From Octopus sinensis (lineage: Eukaryota): a stretch of 64,000 nucleotides of DNA. Location of the stretch: assembly GCF_006345805.1 (NCBI RefSeq), contig NC_043005.1, positions 35,526,001-35,590,000 of the forward strand. Direction: 5' to 3'. Each line of letters begins with the position of its first letter. Position 1 is the stretch's first letter. Positions 47,863 through 61,921 of this stretch are shown here, in pieces. Made by a program: the position numbers and the translations under genes. A model generated the notes under the pieces. It had not been told where the DNA came from and did not search any database. It saw nothing but the letters and a program-made list of their open reading frames with translations.

Positions 47863-48695
47863 ATAATAATAAAGTAATGGTAATAGTAATTGGCTCCTTA
47901 TTTACTACAAGGTCGGCAATTGTGTGGAAAGAGTGTCATTGCGAACACGAGGTGCAAAACAGTCGGGGTTTAAACGGTGAGAGCAAGGATGCTGGTATTC
48001 GTAATTTAATCATGGACCTTAAGAGAGAAGAAGGGAGAAAAATAATAGGAACAACCCCTCTGATGAAGACTAACAAACTAGTGAAAATAAGAACTAGCAC
48101 CGGTGGGTGAAAGTAAATGAAGACGAGTTTACGATAAACAATGTAGAAGCAAGAAAAGAAACGGGGAACAGCGTTAAGTAACGAGTAGAATTAATGAAGG
48201 AGACTGTATGTCTGTGGAGTCATTCTATCTGCTAGAAATAACAGCTATATTTCCATAAAATCACGTCCTGTTGTTTCTAATAAAGGCGGTCTTTCCATAA
48301 ATGTGAACTTTAGTTTCACATATTACGCAGTTATATGTGAGGCCAGAATCGGTAATACGTCGGATATGCTGCTTAGCGGCGTTTCTTTCGGTCAAAATTC
48401 AGGTTCACCTGCCAGCCTTTCGAAGTCGATAAAATTAAACATTAGTAAAGGAGTAGTCGATGTGATAGGCTTGTACCCTCTCTTCAAAAATTGTTGGTCT
48501 TGAACCCAGCAAAGGGCTGGCATCTGTTTCAGAGGGAAATTTAAGATGCCGGTCATTTGTGGACCACGAAAACCAAGTAACTGGCCGTATAAGATAGACA
48601 CAAGAAGAGAAAATAAAAAAGAAAACTGCTTTAGACATATATGACTGACAAACAATGAAATGAAAACAAACCAGAACATTTTTTTAAATATACAT

Positions 48696-49113
48696 GGCGC
48701 AAGAGTGGGTGTGTGGTAAGTAGCTTGCTTACCAACTACATGGTTCTGGGTTCATTCTCACTGCGTAGCACCTTGGGCAAGTATCTTCTACTATAGCCTC
48801 TGGCCGACCAAAGCCTTGTGAGTGGATTTGGTTGAGGAAAACTGAAAGAAGCCCGTCGTATATATGTATATATATATTTATGGGTGTGTATGTTTGTGTG
48901 TCTGTGTTTGTCCCCCCCAACATCGCTTGACAACCGATGCTGGTGTGTTTACGTCCCCGTAACTTAGAGGTTCGGCAAAAGAGACCGATAGAATAAGTAC
49001 TAGGCTTACAAAGAATAAGTCCTGGGGTCGATTTGCTCGACTAAAGGTGATGCTCCAGCATGGCCGCAGTCAAATGACTGAAACAAGTAAAAGAGAGAGT
49101 AAAAGAGTAAAGA
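48696..49113 (+). mobile_element. SINE family A, full-length reference copy
   Basis: tRNA-like head, internal (TA)(TG) tract, and tail ending in (GTAAAAGA)n. Confidence 0.95.
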
Positions 49114-49221
49114 ATATGGATATCGCGAGTAAACGAAACAAATACATAAATGTTTAAAAGCGACTTTTTAAAAAGAAGTTTCTAAGGTGTTCTAAAGAGG
49201 TTTTTTATTAGAGGTTTCTAT

Positions 49222-49629
49222 GGCGGCGAGCTGATAGAATCGTTAGCACACCAAACAAAATGCTTAGTCCATCTTTATGTTCCGTGTTCAAATTCCGTCG
49301 AGATCGACTTTGCCTTTTATCCTTTTGGGGTCGATGAAATAGGTAGCAGTTGAGCACTGGGGTCAATGTAATCGATTTAACCCTCCCCTCAAAATCTGAA
49401 AGCCCTGTGCCAAAATTTGAAACTATCATTAGAGGTTTATCTAAAGTCGGTGAGCTGGCAGAACCATTAGGACGCCGGATAAAATGATTCGAAGCATATC
49501 TTCCGGTTTTACGTTCTGAGTTCAAATCTTGCCGCGGTCAAGATTGTCTTTTATCCTTTCGGAGGTCAATAGAATAAAGTACCAGTCTAATACAGAGGCC
49601 GATAAAATTGACTTATGCTCTCCCCCACT

Positions 49630-49672
<43 letters not shown>

Positions 49673-50888
49673 TTATTTATATATCCCCCCCTCCCGAAGT
49701 TAGTTTTCGATTTGCAATACAAACATATATTTATTTTTTATATAAGAAATGTAATAAACTGAAATAGTGTAATAAACTGAAAAAAAAAAGACTTAGGTTC
49801 TTCATCAATTAAGAAAAGAAATCTGTAATAATGATATTTAATAAGCAATTTTTAAATGATTACATATTTGTTTTGATTATTCAGGATACCCAAGTCTATT
49901 TTCTTTGGATGAAGTATTTCTAAATCATTAATATTAAGTATTTACAACAGTAATCTCGCTTGTTTAGTAATATCTACTACATTTAGGGTGGTGAGCAGGC
50001 AGAATTGTTAGTATACTGGGCAAAATGCTTAGCGGCATTTCGTCCGTCTTTATGTTCTGAGTTCAAATTCCGCTGAGGTCAACTTTGCCTTTCATCTTTC
50101 AGGGTCGATAAATTAAGTACCAGTTGAACAATGGAGTCGATATTTTTGACTTAGCCCGTCTCCGAAATTGCTGGCCTTGTGCCAAAAATTTGAAACCAAT
50201 ATCTAATACATTTGATCCAGTTCGTGATGAGTAATATCTCATGCGACCTTCTAGTCGATAAAGGTGGCCGAGCACTGTTTCAGATATTGTAGTCCTTGTT
50301 ACTCTCTATCTGAGAAATGGAGGTTGCGGGCTAGTCGATTTTCTCGAGTACGCAACTGGTTGTTATTTTATCGACTCTGAAAGGATAAAGGGCAAAGTCG
50401 TCCTCGGCGGCATTTGAACTCAGAACGTAAACATTTTGTCCGACATGCTAACGATTCAGCCAGCTCGCCGCCAACGACGGACGAAATACCGCTAGTCATT
50501 TTGTCCGGCGTGTTCACGATTCTGCCAGCTTGCTGCCTAATGTGAGACAAAAAATATAACATAACAGAAAGTGTTGTAGAAGAGAAGAATGTTTAGAAAT
50601 GCCGTCACTTCTGAAATCAATAGGATGTAGTTGAAGTAGGGGAGAAGATTGAATAAACAGGATAAAGATCTTTTAATATTAGCTTCAAATTTTGGCAAAT
50701 GGCCAGCAAATTTCAAGGATGAGGATAAGTCAAATACATCGACTCCAATTCTCAACTGGTACTTAGTTTTCGAAGGAGGAAAGGCAATGTCGACACCGGG
50801 AGCATGTGAACTCAGAACGTAAAGACGGACGAAATGCCGCTAAGCATTTTGTCCGGGGTGCAAATGGTTCTGCCAGCTCGCCGCGTTA
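49222..50888. mobile_element. cluster of SINE family B copies in both orientations
   Basis: Plus copies at about 49222, 49448 and 49986. Minus copies at about 50330-50539 and 50670-50888. Confidence 0.85.
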
Positions 50889-51648
50889 AGGAGCTTTCAA
50901 TATTGCTAATAGAACGAACAGAATAAATAGTAAGGTATATTTTATTGTATATAGTATTATAATAGACACCATGTATAGAAGGGTAGTGGTTGTTGATAAT
51001 GTCATTATTATTGTTATTGTTGATGTTATTGCTCATTTTGTTGCTGTTGCTTCTACTGATGTTGATATTGTTGTTATATGTTATTATGTATGTGCATGCG
51101 TAGGTATACGTATATATGAATGCATCCCCACTTTTAGTACTATTTTATTAAGCGCATCTAGTAAACAGTATGAACTGTGACTAAAGCGGATACGCACAGT
51201 GTGTATCACTCCGTTATATATTTACAGTTTGTAAACATGCCAAGTAAATAAAAACGTAGAATCATAATAACGCCTTCAATGAGTTGTTTATTGTCCCAAC
51301 ACAATCCAAAAGAATACGTAACAGTTGATGTTGTTGAAGTTGTTGTTTATGGTGTTGATACTGTTGTTGTTTATGTTGTAATTGCTGATGCTGATGTGCT
51401 TTTGATGTTCTCTGTGATGTTACTATTTATGTTGCTGTTGTTATTGTTGTTGTCATCGTTGTTTTTGATGATGATAATGTATATGAATTTTAACCCCAAA
51501 TAATCCTTAATCAAAGAATTCCAGTTGTTACCCTTCCATCTTATACAACACACATAATGTTAACATCTCATTCTATTTTCAAGAAGGGATAGTGATATTT
51601 CAAGAGAATTTAGTTAATATCTCTAGCATTCCGAGCGTCCGCATAAAG

Positions 51649-51873
51649 CTGTGTTTCTCAATCATTTTTTTTTATCTCAGGACCCTATCGATTCTAATTT
51701 TATCGGGTGGACCCTCCTAGCTATTCGATATTAAAATTTTTTTTTATATTTTAATAATTAAATATTTTTAGTAATTGTATTTAATATATTTTGTGTATCG
51801 TAGAAGTACAAGCAATTTATTGCAGATGAATTTAAACCATAAAATCTTATATGAACCATTGGCAACCACTGGC
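51649..51873. mobile_element. possible hAT-like MITE
   Basis: Ends CTGTGTTTCTCAATC and TTGGCAACCACTG resemble CAGTGGTTCTCAAC-type TIRs. Confidence 0.3.
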
Positions 51874-52336
51874 GTAGCAGAACCATTGCTGGACTATTAA
51901 TGTAAAAAGAGAAAGTGTAATGAAAATATACAGAAGAGAAGACAACAATCGTTAAAGAGGTTGTAAAAGATGAAAATCTGAAACAGAATAACGCTTGTCT
52001 GGTAACCGAAGCAAATGAAATAGAGACGTTAGAAAACAAGGCAAGAAAGCTAGCTATAAAGAGATTGACATTTTAAAAGATTTAAGGATAAGATTAAGGA
52101 AAGATTTAAGGATAATTATCGGCCAGCAAACTGAACAGTTACGGCATTACAAATAAATAAGAAATGCTTAGATAAATTGTGTAGAAAAATAGTGTTTAGA
52201 CTAAATAGAAACTAAAGCTTGACATGGAAAGGACTTGTTTACTCTAGCTCAGAAGATGTTATGTGGCGCAGAGTGAAAAAGTTAGCAAATATATTTAAGT
52301 GGTTAGAGATAGGGTAGACGATAAGTTAGTGGACTG

Positions 52337-52501
52337 ACATATAGGGAGAGAAGACTACTACCACCACCACCACCACCACCACCACCACCACCACCACTAC
52401 TACTACTACTACTACAACTACTACAACAACTACTACTACTACTGCTGCTGCTGCTGCTTCTGGTGTTGCTGCTGCTGCTACTGCTGCTGCTACTACTACT
52501 A

Positions 52502-52536
<35 letters not shown>

Positions 52537-52630
52537 ACTACTACTACTACTACTACTGCTACTGCTGCTACTACTACTACTGCTGCTGCTGCTACCACTA
52601 CTACTACTACTGCTGCTGCTGCTGCTACTA

Positions 52631-52665
<35 letters not shown>

Positions 52666-52770
52666 ACTACTACTGCTGCTACTACTACTACTTCTACTAC
52701 TACTACTACTACTGCTACTACTACTCTACTACCACTACCACAACCACCACCACCACTACCATCACCACTC
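52337..52770. repeat. (CTA)/(CTG)/(CCA) triplet repeat
   Basis: Direct reading. Source of the poly-Leu and poly-Val ORFs. Confidence 0.95.
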
Positions 52771-53276
52771 TGGACAGGGAGAATAAGTGAGAAGTTATGA
52801 GACAGACAGCAAAGTTTGAAATTTCTAAGACTAGGCTGAAAGCTATTCAACAGTCTATCTGTTTTATGAAAGAAAAAAAAATAGTGATTGTCAAGTATTG
52901 ACAGTATTTGAAATTATTGGTGGAATAAGTTACTACGAATACCGAGACCAGGTTACGATGAACATAGAGATCAATCACAGTTAATTGGACAAAGCTTGAG
53001 AAGAAAAAAAAATCCGTGAGTACTTGGTGACCACCGGGAAACTGAAAGCATGTAGAACCCCAGAGAAACTGGAAAGACAACATAGTTTTACCTGAGCTTC
53101 AGAAAGGCTAACTTAATGCAGTCCTATGTTGTGTATGAGAGAAGAGGTCATGGTCACAGACGTGTGTAGGAGAGGAGGGAAAGACAAAGTTGTTTTATGA
53201 TAGAAGCAGAAGATACAATGTTTAATGTTGAAAAGGTGATATCAAATATTGAAGAAACCAGAATTCAGAATCAGAA

Positions 53277-53365
<89 letters not shown>

Positions 53366-53411
53366 CTCTCTCTCTCTATATATATAATATATATATATAT
53401 ATACAAACACA

Positions 53412-54155
53412 CGAGAAGTGTTCATTAAAATTTCACTGACCCACTTTCGATTATTGCAGGAAACAGACCTTGTACAGGTATAATCATATATGTCTCCTTA
53501 TATCACATTGTAAATAGTATTCGTTTGTCTTTTACAGTTGCTGAACTGGACTAAGGTGTTATAATGGAAGCAGTTGAATGTAGATCTGTGATCAGGTTCT
53601 TATACTTGAAAAGTTGCACACCAAAACAGACATTTGATGATATGAAAGAAGTTTATGGTCACGATGCACCATCGTATAACGTAGCCAAGCACTGTCATCG
53701 CCAGTTTAAATGTAGTCGGATACCGGTGGAAACTGCTCTTACTCCTGAACGAGACCGCATTTCGCCATTAATGACGGACGTCATCCATAATGTGGAAGCC
53801 GTCATTTTGGGGGGTCGCTGCATAAGTATACAGCAGCTAGCCCAAGTAGTGAAGATAAATGTAGGGTCTGTAGATAAAATCATTCACGACCATTAGCACG
53901 TGCGGAAGTTGTCTACCCCGGATGCTCAAAACCTTTTCAAAAGTAGGAGGAACAAGTCAATTGCCCCCAGGCTAATTTGGCAATGTGTCAAGAAAACGAG
54001 GATTTTTTTCGGTAGACTTATCACACTGGATGAAACATGGGTCCATCACTATGATCCTTGACTAAAGTCCAGTCGAAGCAATGGAAGCATGATAACTCAC
54101 CACCTCAAAAGAAGGCTTGTGTCCAACCTTCAGCAGGCAAGATGATAATCACATC
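53412..54155 (+). mobile_element. mariner 5' half, pseudogenised
   Basis: TIR-like CGAGAAGTGTTCATTAAAA, then MEAVECRSVIRFLYLK, LITLDETWVHHYDP and QWKH..SPPQKKACVQPSAGKMI. Confidence 0.9.
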
Positions 54156-54243
54156 TTTTGTATTTAAAAATATAGAAAAAAAATATACATATTATATTTT
54201 GAACTCTATTTTTCTTATTTGCATCACCGAAACTATACATACG

Positions 54244-54285
<42 letters not shown>

Positions 54286-54474
54286 TTCACATATTTATAC
54301 ATACATATAGGTATGTGTGTGTATATAAAGTTTATTGAAAGTGAATGTTTATCCTGCGGTTCGATTTTCATGCCCGAAATTCGCAACGGCATGAAATTCG
54401 AATCGCTAGATAAAATTTGAGTTTCAATAAATTTTATATAGAGATATGCATGCATGTGCATACTTTATATATAG

Positions 54475-54501
54475 ATATACATACATACATACATACATAC
54501 A

Positions 54502-54535
<34 letters not shown>

Positions 54536-54750
54536 CATACATATATACAAACATACATACATACATGCATACATACATACATACATACATACATACATAC
54601 ATACATACATACATACATGCATGCATACATGCATACATACATACATACATGCATACAGACATATATACAAATATACATACATGCATGCATACATGCATAC
54701 ATACACACATACATACATACAGACATATATACAAATATACATACATACGT
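54475..54750. repeat. (TACA)n microsatellite
   Basis: Direct reading. Confidence 0.95.
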
Positions 54751-54855
54751 GCATACATGACACGGCGGCAAGAACATTCTGTTGAACTTGGCTGAACTCA
54801 AATGATATTTATTTCTCTCTGGATGGAGTACTTTATTTATCGATCGTACCAATAA

Positions 54856-56620
54856 CACTGGGGAAATGGTTTTTGTTGTCTGGTGTTGGAAATATATTTC
54901 CTAGTAATTTTGGGGTGCTGATTTCAAAAATGAAGTCCATTTTGGTGTATCACGTCAAGACTTTTCACCATCTCAAATGTTCATTTTTCAACATTTCTGG
55001 TATTGTCACCATTTCTATGGATAGATTTGGCTTCCTCAAATGCAGATCCATGTATGGAGCTCGAAATAACTTTGGAAACATAGTTTTTTCAAAATCATTT
55101 AAAGTAAATGCAATTACAAAAGTGAACGCAAATGACATGATTTAAGTACCTTCGATAAATAAAGATATTCAAACCTAAGCAATTTTTACCGTTTGCATTC
55201 TCACCATTTTAAATGTCATGATGATGACAGAAATGGCTTTTATACTATTAGATGTTAATAAACAACACATTTTTCATATCTGCAGAAAAATTCCACAAAT
55301 ATTTATTAACATCTAATTGTATAAAGGTCATTTCTGTCATCATCTTGACATTTAAAATGGTGAGATTGAAAATGGTGAAAATTGTGCATCTTTGATGATT
55401 TTTATTTACTGAAGATCCTTAAATCATGTCTTAAATCATGTCTGCAGATATGTCCACACAGTGCTTGATTTAGTGTGACTATCATAGCAGAGCAGGTGAG
55501 ACGTGTTTTGTTGAACCTTTAACTATTTAACTTTTAACTTATAAAAATTTTGTGTTTCGAATGCGCCCTTAATTTTTGAATTGTGGGGGTCACGTGGGTT
55601 AAGGTAATTTTTTGTCAAGCATGATCAAAGAACTTTAAAAAGAACTTCGTAGTATGTATGCTCTTTATGGAACTTTGCCATTACAAATCTGCATTTGCTT
55701 ATTTTATGACTGCTGACAATTCTGAAAATGATTTTCCCAGGTGACAACTGGCTTGAATATGTGTTTTATATTTCAAACACATGGTCAGTCGTGAGAGAAG
55801 AAAATGCAAAACACTCCCATATCTTCTGTTATATTTGTTGAATTTACACTATATTTAGGCAGCGAAACAAAATCACAGGTTTTGTGAAGATAGCTTTCCT
55901 TACTTCCTTTGGTATAAAACTGGGTGACAAAGATCAAGCCTACTCCCATATAGTGTGTAGAATATGTCTTGAAACACCAACCTTTTCAAATACTTAAGCA
56001 GAAATTTTCCAGCTTTGTTTTGTGAGAAAATTAAGGCTGATGTGTTTGACGGGCCATACATTAGGATGAGTATTTTATGGAGACCATGGCTAGCGTTGAA
56101 AAAGAAACAGGGAAAGCTTTCGCTGCAGTTGTGTCTGGTTTCTTCGGAAACAGGAAGTCGTCAAATTATGAAGAACTTGTGCAGTCCCTGTTAACCAGTT
56201 TTCGAGTACTGAGATGCAACATGAGGGTAAAGGTGCCTTTCTTGCATAGTTATCTGGATTATTTCCTCGAACATCATAGTTCAATAAGTGATGAGCAAGG
56301 AGAAAGATTCCACTAAAACATCGAGACTTTGAAGACTAGTTATCAAGACTAGGTATCAAGTAGTTGAAACACTAGTTTGACAGAAATATTTATGATAAGA
56401 TGTATAATTTAACATTTTGCGCAATATATTTGTTAAGCAATAAAAAATACCATTTGGTTTGTATTAGTTATTTCCGTTTTGCCTTTAATGGTAAAATTTA
56501 CAGTTTTTTTTTTTAATGAATTTAATGGCAAAATTGACACTTTTAGTAAAAGAATGACTTCCTGCTTAGCAAAAAATTTGAGATGATAGAAAATTTTTGA
56601 GGGTAGACCTATTTGCAAAA
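54856..56620 (+). mobile_element. Chapaev3-like (CMC) DNA transposon, internally deleted
   Basis: CACTG terminus at 54856 and ATG at 55781. N-terminal RKCK..FCYIC and GIKLGDKDQA.SHIVCRIC zinc-finger motifs, and C-terminal VFDGPYIR..FFGNRKSSNYEELV..FLHSYLDYF..SDEQGERFH. The right end is approximate. Confidence 0.75.
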
Positions 56621-57823
56621 AGCACGACAAAAAGTTTTTCGAAACTGTTCCCCAAAGTTATCAATAAAATAATAAAAGCAGCTGACCAGCCATATTATTT
56701 ACGGACAAACTACAATTGTGCTCATTCAGAGAATACGGTGAAGAAAAAAAATATAGGATGTTATAGAAGAAAACTGACTTCCCTTTTTGAAAGCAGCCAA
56801 TTTTAGTCTCAATCAAGTGAAAGAGCAAACTCAGCAGGAATTATGTTCAAAATTGTTTCCCGTGAAATGGAACATTATACAATGTATGTATGTATGTATG
56901 TATGTGTGCGTATGTACACACGCACACACACACATATATACGCATACACACACATTATATATATATACACATATGTATGCATATATACACACACAAACTC
57001 ACGAAGACATATATGTTAATACGTGTATGCGAGAGAGAGAGAGAGAGTGTGCGTGCGCGCGCGTGCGAATGCGTAGTTAGAGAGAAAGACAGAGAGAGAG
57101 AGTGTGTGTACAAATATACGTGAGGAAAGAGTCAATCTCTCACACTAACATTCTCTTTTCTATCTTTCCCTCGCCTTCCTCTTCCTCTTTCCTTCCTCTC
57201 CTTCCTCACTCTTTCATCTCTCTCTCTTTCTCTTTACTCTCCCCACTCTTTGTAAGACTAAGAGCGATCCGTTTGCTCCTGTCTGGTGTGAAACAATTCC
57301 ATATTTATATATTCCACATTTAAACGACACACCCTGTCTAGAAGCTGCGACGGCGCTAAAGTTTTGAACAGCTTACCTGACTACAACACCGCAATCATCT
57401 ACCACCCTTACCAGCCAATCATAATTAATTGCACCGAGCTAACCCCCGATGTACACCCTACTCCAACCCCACCCAACTCACCCCTAATTCATCCCTATCT
57501 CACCCGTAACCGCCTTCATTCTGACGTCTCAATGACCCGCCAACATCTTTCACTCCTCCTCTGTATTATGACAACAAAAAATATTCCCTACCCCACCTGT
57601 GGGGTGCTTGCGCTCCTCTACACACAGGGCTAAGCACGCAATGCGCACACACACACATAAGTTCATATATACATGCATACACACAGAAGCGCATGCACAC
57701 ACATACATATGAATATCTGAGTTTTTATAGATATATGTTTATATATACACATACACACACATGTATACGCACATTCATACATATGAATGTGTGTGTGTAT
57801 ACGTGCAGATACGCGTATATATA

Positions 57824-58612
57824 CAGGGTGCGATGAATAAATTGTCGACATCTTATATTTCTAATTTCACGCATGTGCATTGATTTTTTTTATTTCGTCT
57901 ACTATACAGTATAGTAGGGTCAGCTGGGTACCGTCTGTGAGAAAAATAGCACCATGACGCAATTCACTCCGCCAGAAATTTAGCAACGACATGCTGTACT
58001 GCTTTGCATTCGCACCGGAAGCTCCAATACAAACATTTCAGAGTGTTTGGTTGTCAATCTGAGGACGGTGCAGCATGAGGACATGTACCGAGAGTAATAA
58101 AAATCAAACATCCAGCCTACATCAGGGTGTTTGGAGTGATGGCAACGTTATGCCTCCATTCATCTTCCCACACGGATTCAGACTCAGCCGGAGGCCTACA
58201 TCAAGTGCCTGGGGGAGGCAGTGCTGTCCTGGATCAAGAGGGTGGCTGTTGGAAACTGTACCATGCCACACAAGCAGGAGAACCCAGTTATGCCTGTCAG
58301 ACAATTTTCTGCGCGACCACATCAAGCCTGGCCACCTAATTCCCCAGACTGCCACCTCCTTGGTTATTATGTCTGGGGCGCAGTTGAGCGAGAGGCCAAC
58401 AAATCTCCTTGTGTAACACCAAAGATAAACTTAAGGCATGGATTATGGCAGCATTCACCAACTAAACACGGAAGAGTTCCAAGAGAATAAATTTACTCTT
58501 TGGTATTTCAAGATATTTTGAGGTAATTTTGGTAAATATATCTATTCAATGAGATGTCAGTGTCACATTCGATTTTGTGTAATTTAGGCGACAGTTTATT
58601 CACCGCACACTA
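57824..58612 (+). mobile_element. DD37D (maT) transposon, second internally deleted copy
   Basis: TIR CAGGGTGCGATGAATAAATTGTCG. Body homologous to 38596-39459 (GNVMPPFIFPHG, WPPNSPDCHLLGYYVWG). Confidence 0.9.
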
Positions 58613-58614
58613 TA

Positions 58615-58666
<52 letters not shown>

Positions 58667-58677
58667 TATATATACAA

Positions 58678-58713
<36 letters not shown>

Positions 58714-58885
58714 CTATATATATAATATATATATTTGTTGAAATAGAAAGATGAATTTTCTTGTTACAGATTATTCAAAAGTTTAACGATACCTGGGTAG
58801 CAAAAATCACAGCAGAAAATACACGGTTGGAGATAGGACATTTGGGTGTTGCAACCGTGCGTTGGTGCGGATAATTGAAGTTTAA

Positions 58886-59001
58886 TATTATTATTGAATG
58901 GAAGAAATGGAGTTGAACGAAGATGGTACAGAATTCCTTTTATAATAAAAGGAATTCTGTACAATCTTCGTTCAACTCCATTTCTCCATTCAATAATAAT
59001 A
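58886..59001. repeat. near-perfect 116-bp palindrome
   Basis: Arms of 57-58 bp separated by 1 nt, with one mismatch and one indel. Confidence 0.95.
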
Positions 59002-59093
59002 ATAATATATATATAATATATAATATATAATATATATATATATTATATATATATATATATATATATCTATATATATATATACATATATATATA

Positions 59094-59455
59094 CTAGCAG
59101 TATCGCCCGGCGTTGCTCGGGTTTGTAAGGGAAATAACTATAAAGCATTTTTAGAGAGTTATAGCCAAAAAATAGGGAAAAAAATTATGGTAATTTTTTT
59201 TGAGATTAAAAGGTCGAGTTGCGTCCCCATGACCATCTGTGGTTTGTGTTCTGATGTCGACCCCATGTCGATTTATCGATCTTTTTCAGAAACTGGGGGA
59301 ACTTTTCAAAATTTTCGCTGCGTTAGTTTTGAATTATGACATTGGGCTATGTGTGTGTCAAGTTCATCAGAATCGGTTGAAGCCGTGGTCAGAGTGAGGG
59401 TACAACCAAACAGACACACAGAAACACACACAGACAAACTGCCGTTTATAAAAGA
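59094..59455 (-). mobile_element. non-autonomous Helitron, second copy
   Basis: Homologous to 27414-27767. Intact hairpin CCCG-GCGTTGCT-CGGG next to CTAG. Confidence 0.8.
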
Positions 59456-59482
59456 TATATATATATATATATATTATATCTA

Positions 59483-59526
<44 letters not shown>

Positions 59527-59676
59527 CATATATATATACATTCATATATATACATATATATAACATACATAATAATATACATACATATATATACATATAT
59601 ATATATACATACATATATATATACATATATATATATATAATATGTATATATGCATATATATATATATACATATATG

Positions 59677-59711
<35 letters not shown>

Positions 59712-60024
59712 TATATATATATAATATATATATATATATACAAATTCGGTGGTGATGCGTTCCATTACTTAATAAATGAAAAGATGTATGGCAAATAAGC
59801 AAACGACATAGCGTATACTGAGTGTACAACTGGACGGGAGACAAACAAAGAAGTTCCCTAATTCTTCATCAGTTATCAACCAATTAGTAAGATCAGTTTC
59901 GCACCATGTGATATAAACTGAGGGCTTCCCATAGTTGTACATATACGCATATACGCGTCCAATAACACTATACTTGTTCCACGTCCTCACGTGTTGTGTT
60001 TTCTCTTTGTGTTTTCATGTTTGG

Positions 60025-60114
<90 letters not shown>

Positions 60115-60429
60115 CGTAAGTGTGTGTGTGTGTATTCAAGTATAATTATACGTAAATAAATATAATGTTCAAGTATTTTTGCGTCGAACGTTGATTTGTT
60201 TATGTGGTGCTGTCGTGCTGTGCATGTGTATGCTCGTGACAGCAGGTGATGCGGTTATGAGTATTAAATGGGAGCAGACGCAGTTATTCACAAAAAGCAA
60301 TCCACTTGCAGGAGTTGCAACGAATGTATATTTACATACGCTAATACACATAGCCATTTATAGAGACGGAAACATATAAAACGACAACGCGATACTACAT
60401 TCACAGATACATATAAAAATATGCGTATG

Positions 60430-60760
60430 ACGGCGAGCTGGCTGAATCGTTACCGCGTCGGACGAAATGCTTACCGGTATTTCTTCTGACTTTAAGGCGG
60501 CGAGCTGGCAGAAACGTTAGCACGCCGGGCGAAATGCTTAGCGGTATTTCGTCTGCGTTACGTTGTGAGTTCAAATTCCGCCGAGGTCGACTTTGCCTTT
60601 CATCCTTTCGGGGTCGATAAATTAAGTACCAGTTACGCACTGGGGTCGATGTAATCGACTTAATACCTATGTCTGTCCTTGTTTGTCGTCTCTGTGTTTA
60701 GCCCCTTGTGGGTAATAAAGAAATAGGTATTTCTTCTGACTTTACTCTCCGAATTGTGAA
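60430..60760 (+). mobile_element. young SINE B (60495-60725) nested in an older SINE B, with 19-bp TSD
   Basis: GGTATTTCTTCTGACTTTA at 60476-60494 and 60726-60744. Confidence 0.9.
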
Positions 60761-61139
60761 GGAATTTCAATTTCTCTGTATGATTTTCTTCTTAAAAGAG
60801 AAACCTATATACACATTCAGTTGATGCGCTGAAGACGGAATACCTAGATGTGCTTCATGAGAAGACAAATTGGATTATAATTCCTTTCATATATAGTCTA
60901 TATAGACACACACACATACACGTACACAGCACACACATAACAAACACAACAACAAACAAAACACACACACACACGCATATATTTAGTTAAGTCAAGTACA
61001 TATAAAAGCGACTTAACATTCAACTGAAGGATTACTCAATACCTTTAGAAGTGCCCATGTTTATCAATTTTTCTTGCAAAGAAAATAGTGACAGTGACTT
61101 CGAAGTTTTGGCTTGCTCGTCTTATGCAGGCAATCAAGT

Positions 61140-61334
61140 ACAGGCATGGCGCTGTGGTAATATGAAATTAAATAAATACCAAGGGAACAAGAAATCATGT
61201 AACACACACATATATATATATGGTTTCGGGTTAAGTCCCACAGCACGGCACTTTGAACAAATGTCTTCTAATTTAGTCTCGGGCCAACCAAGACCTTGTC
61301 AGCAGATATGGTAGACGGAAACTGAAAAAAAACC

Positions 61335-61394
<60 letters not shown>

Positions 61395-61910
61395 GTGTGT
61401 GTTGTGTGTGTGTGGGTGTGTGTGTGTGTGTGTAATACAAATAAGAAAATGGAGAAACAAATTCATCTCGTTCATCAACTTACGGATATTACAATTTTAC
61501 ATTATTTATTAATTATACAAATGAGAACATCAAAATCAAACAGAATATTATATAAATCAATAGGTAATATAATAATAAGAATACAAATACATATTCTAAT
61601 AGTCATATTATAAATTATTGAAATTCATAAACTACTCCTTATATATATATACATATATATAAAACCCTGTTATATATATATATATATATACACACACACT
61701 CAAGCTAGCATGGAAAATAGACGTTAAATGTTGATGATGATGATGCGCATACTTTTGTATTTGTCCCCTACCACCGTTTAACAACTGGTTTTGGTGAGCT
61801 TACGTTCCCGTAACTTAGCGCATCGGCAAAATTATTTAAGAAAATGTATTGGGGTCGATTCATTCGACTAAAAAAATTTCAAAGCGATTATCCAGCATTG
61901 CCGCAATCAA
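61140..61910 (+). mobile_element. degenerate SINE family A pieces
   Basis: Head at about 61140-61330 and tail at about 61750-61910. Confidence 0.6.
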
Positions 61911-61921
61911 TATATATATAT

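Noticed and set aside
48050-48110. CTGATGA-A-GACTA-ACAAAC-TAGT-GAAA hammerhead-like core
   Set aside because: The core and a 4-bp stem II are present, but no helix III, UH site or adjacent stem I can be formed. It may be chance or a heavily decayed copy.
52463-52850. Poly-Leu and poly-Val ORFs (also the [16 protein letters not shown] and D/G-rich ORFs throughout)
   Set aside because: They are translations of microsatellites and triplet repeats, with no protein signal.
52990-53080. EYLVTTGKLKACR, resembling an RTE LINE C-terminus
   Set aside because: It is too short and degraded to annotate.
59850-59905. CTGATGA and GAAAC on the minus strand
   Set aside because: The order and pairing do not give a hammerhead fold.
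60179-60379. ORF with a signal-peptide-like N-terminus (TLICLCGAVVLCMCMLVTAG)
   Set aside because: It starts at TTG, the hydrophobicity comes from TG-rich sequence, and there is no splice or homology support.
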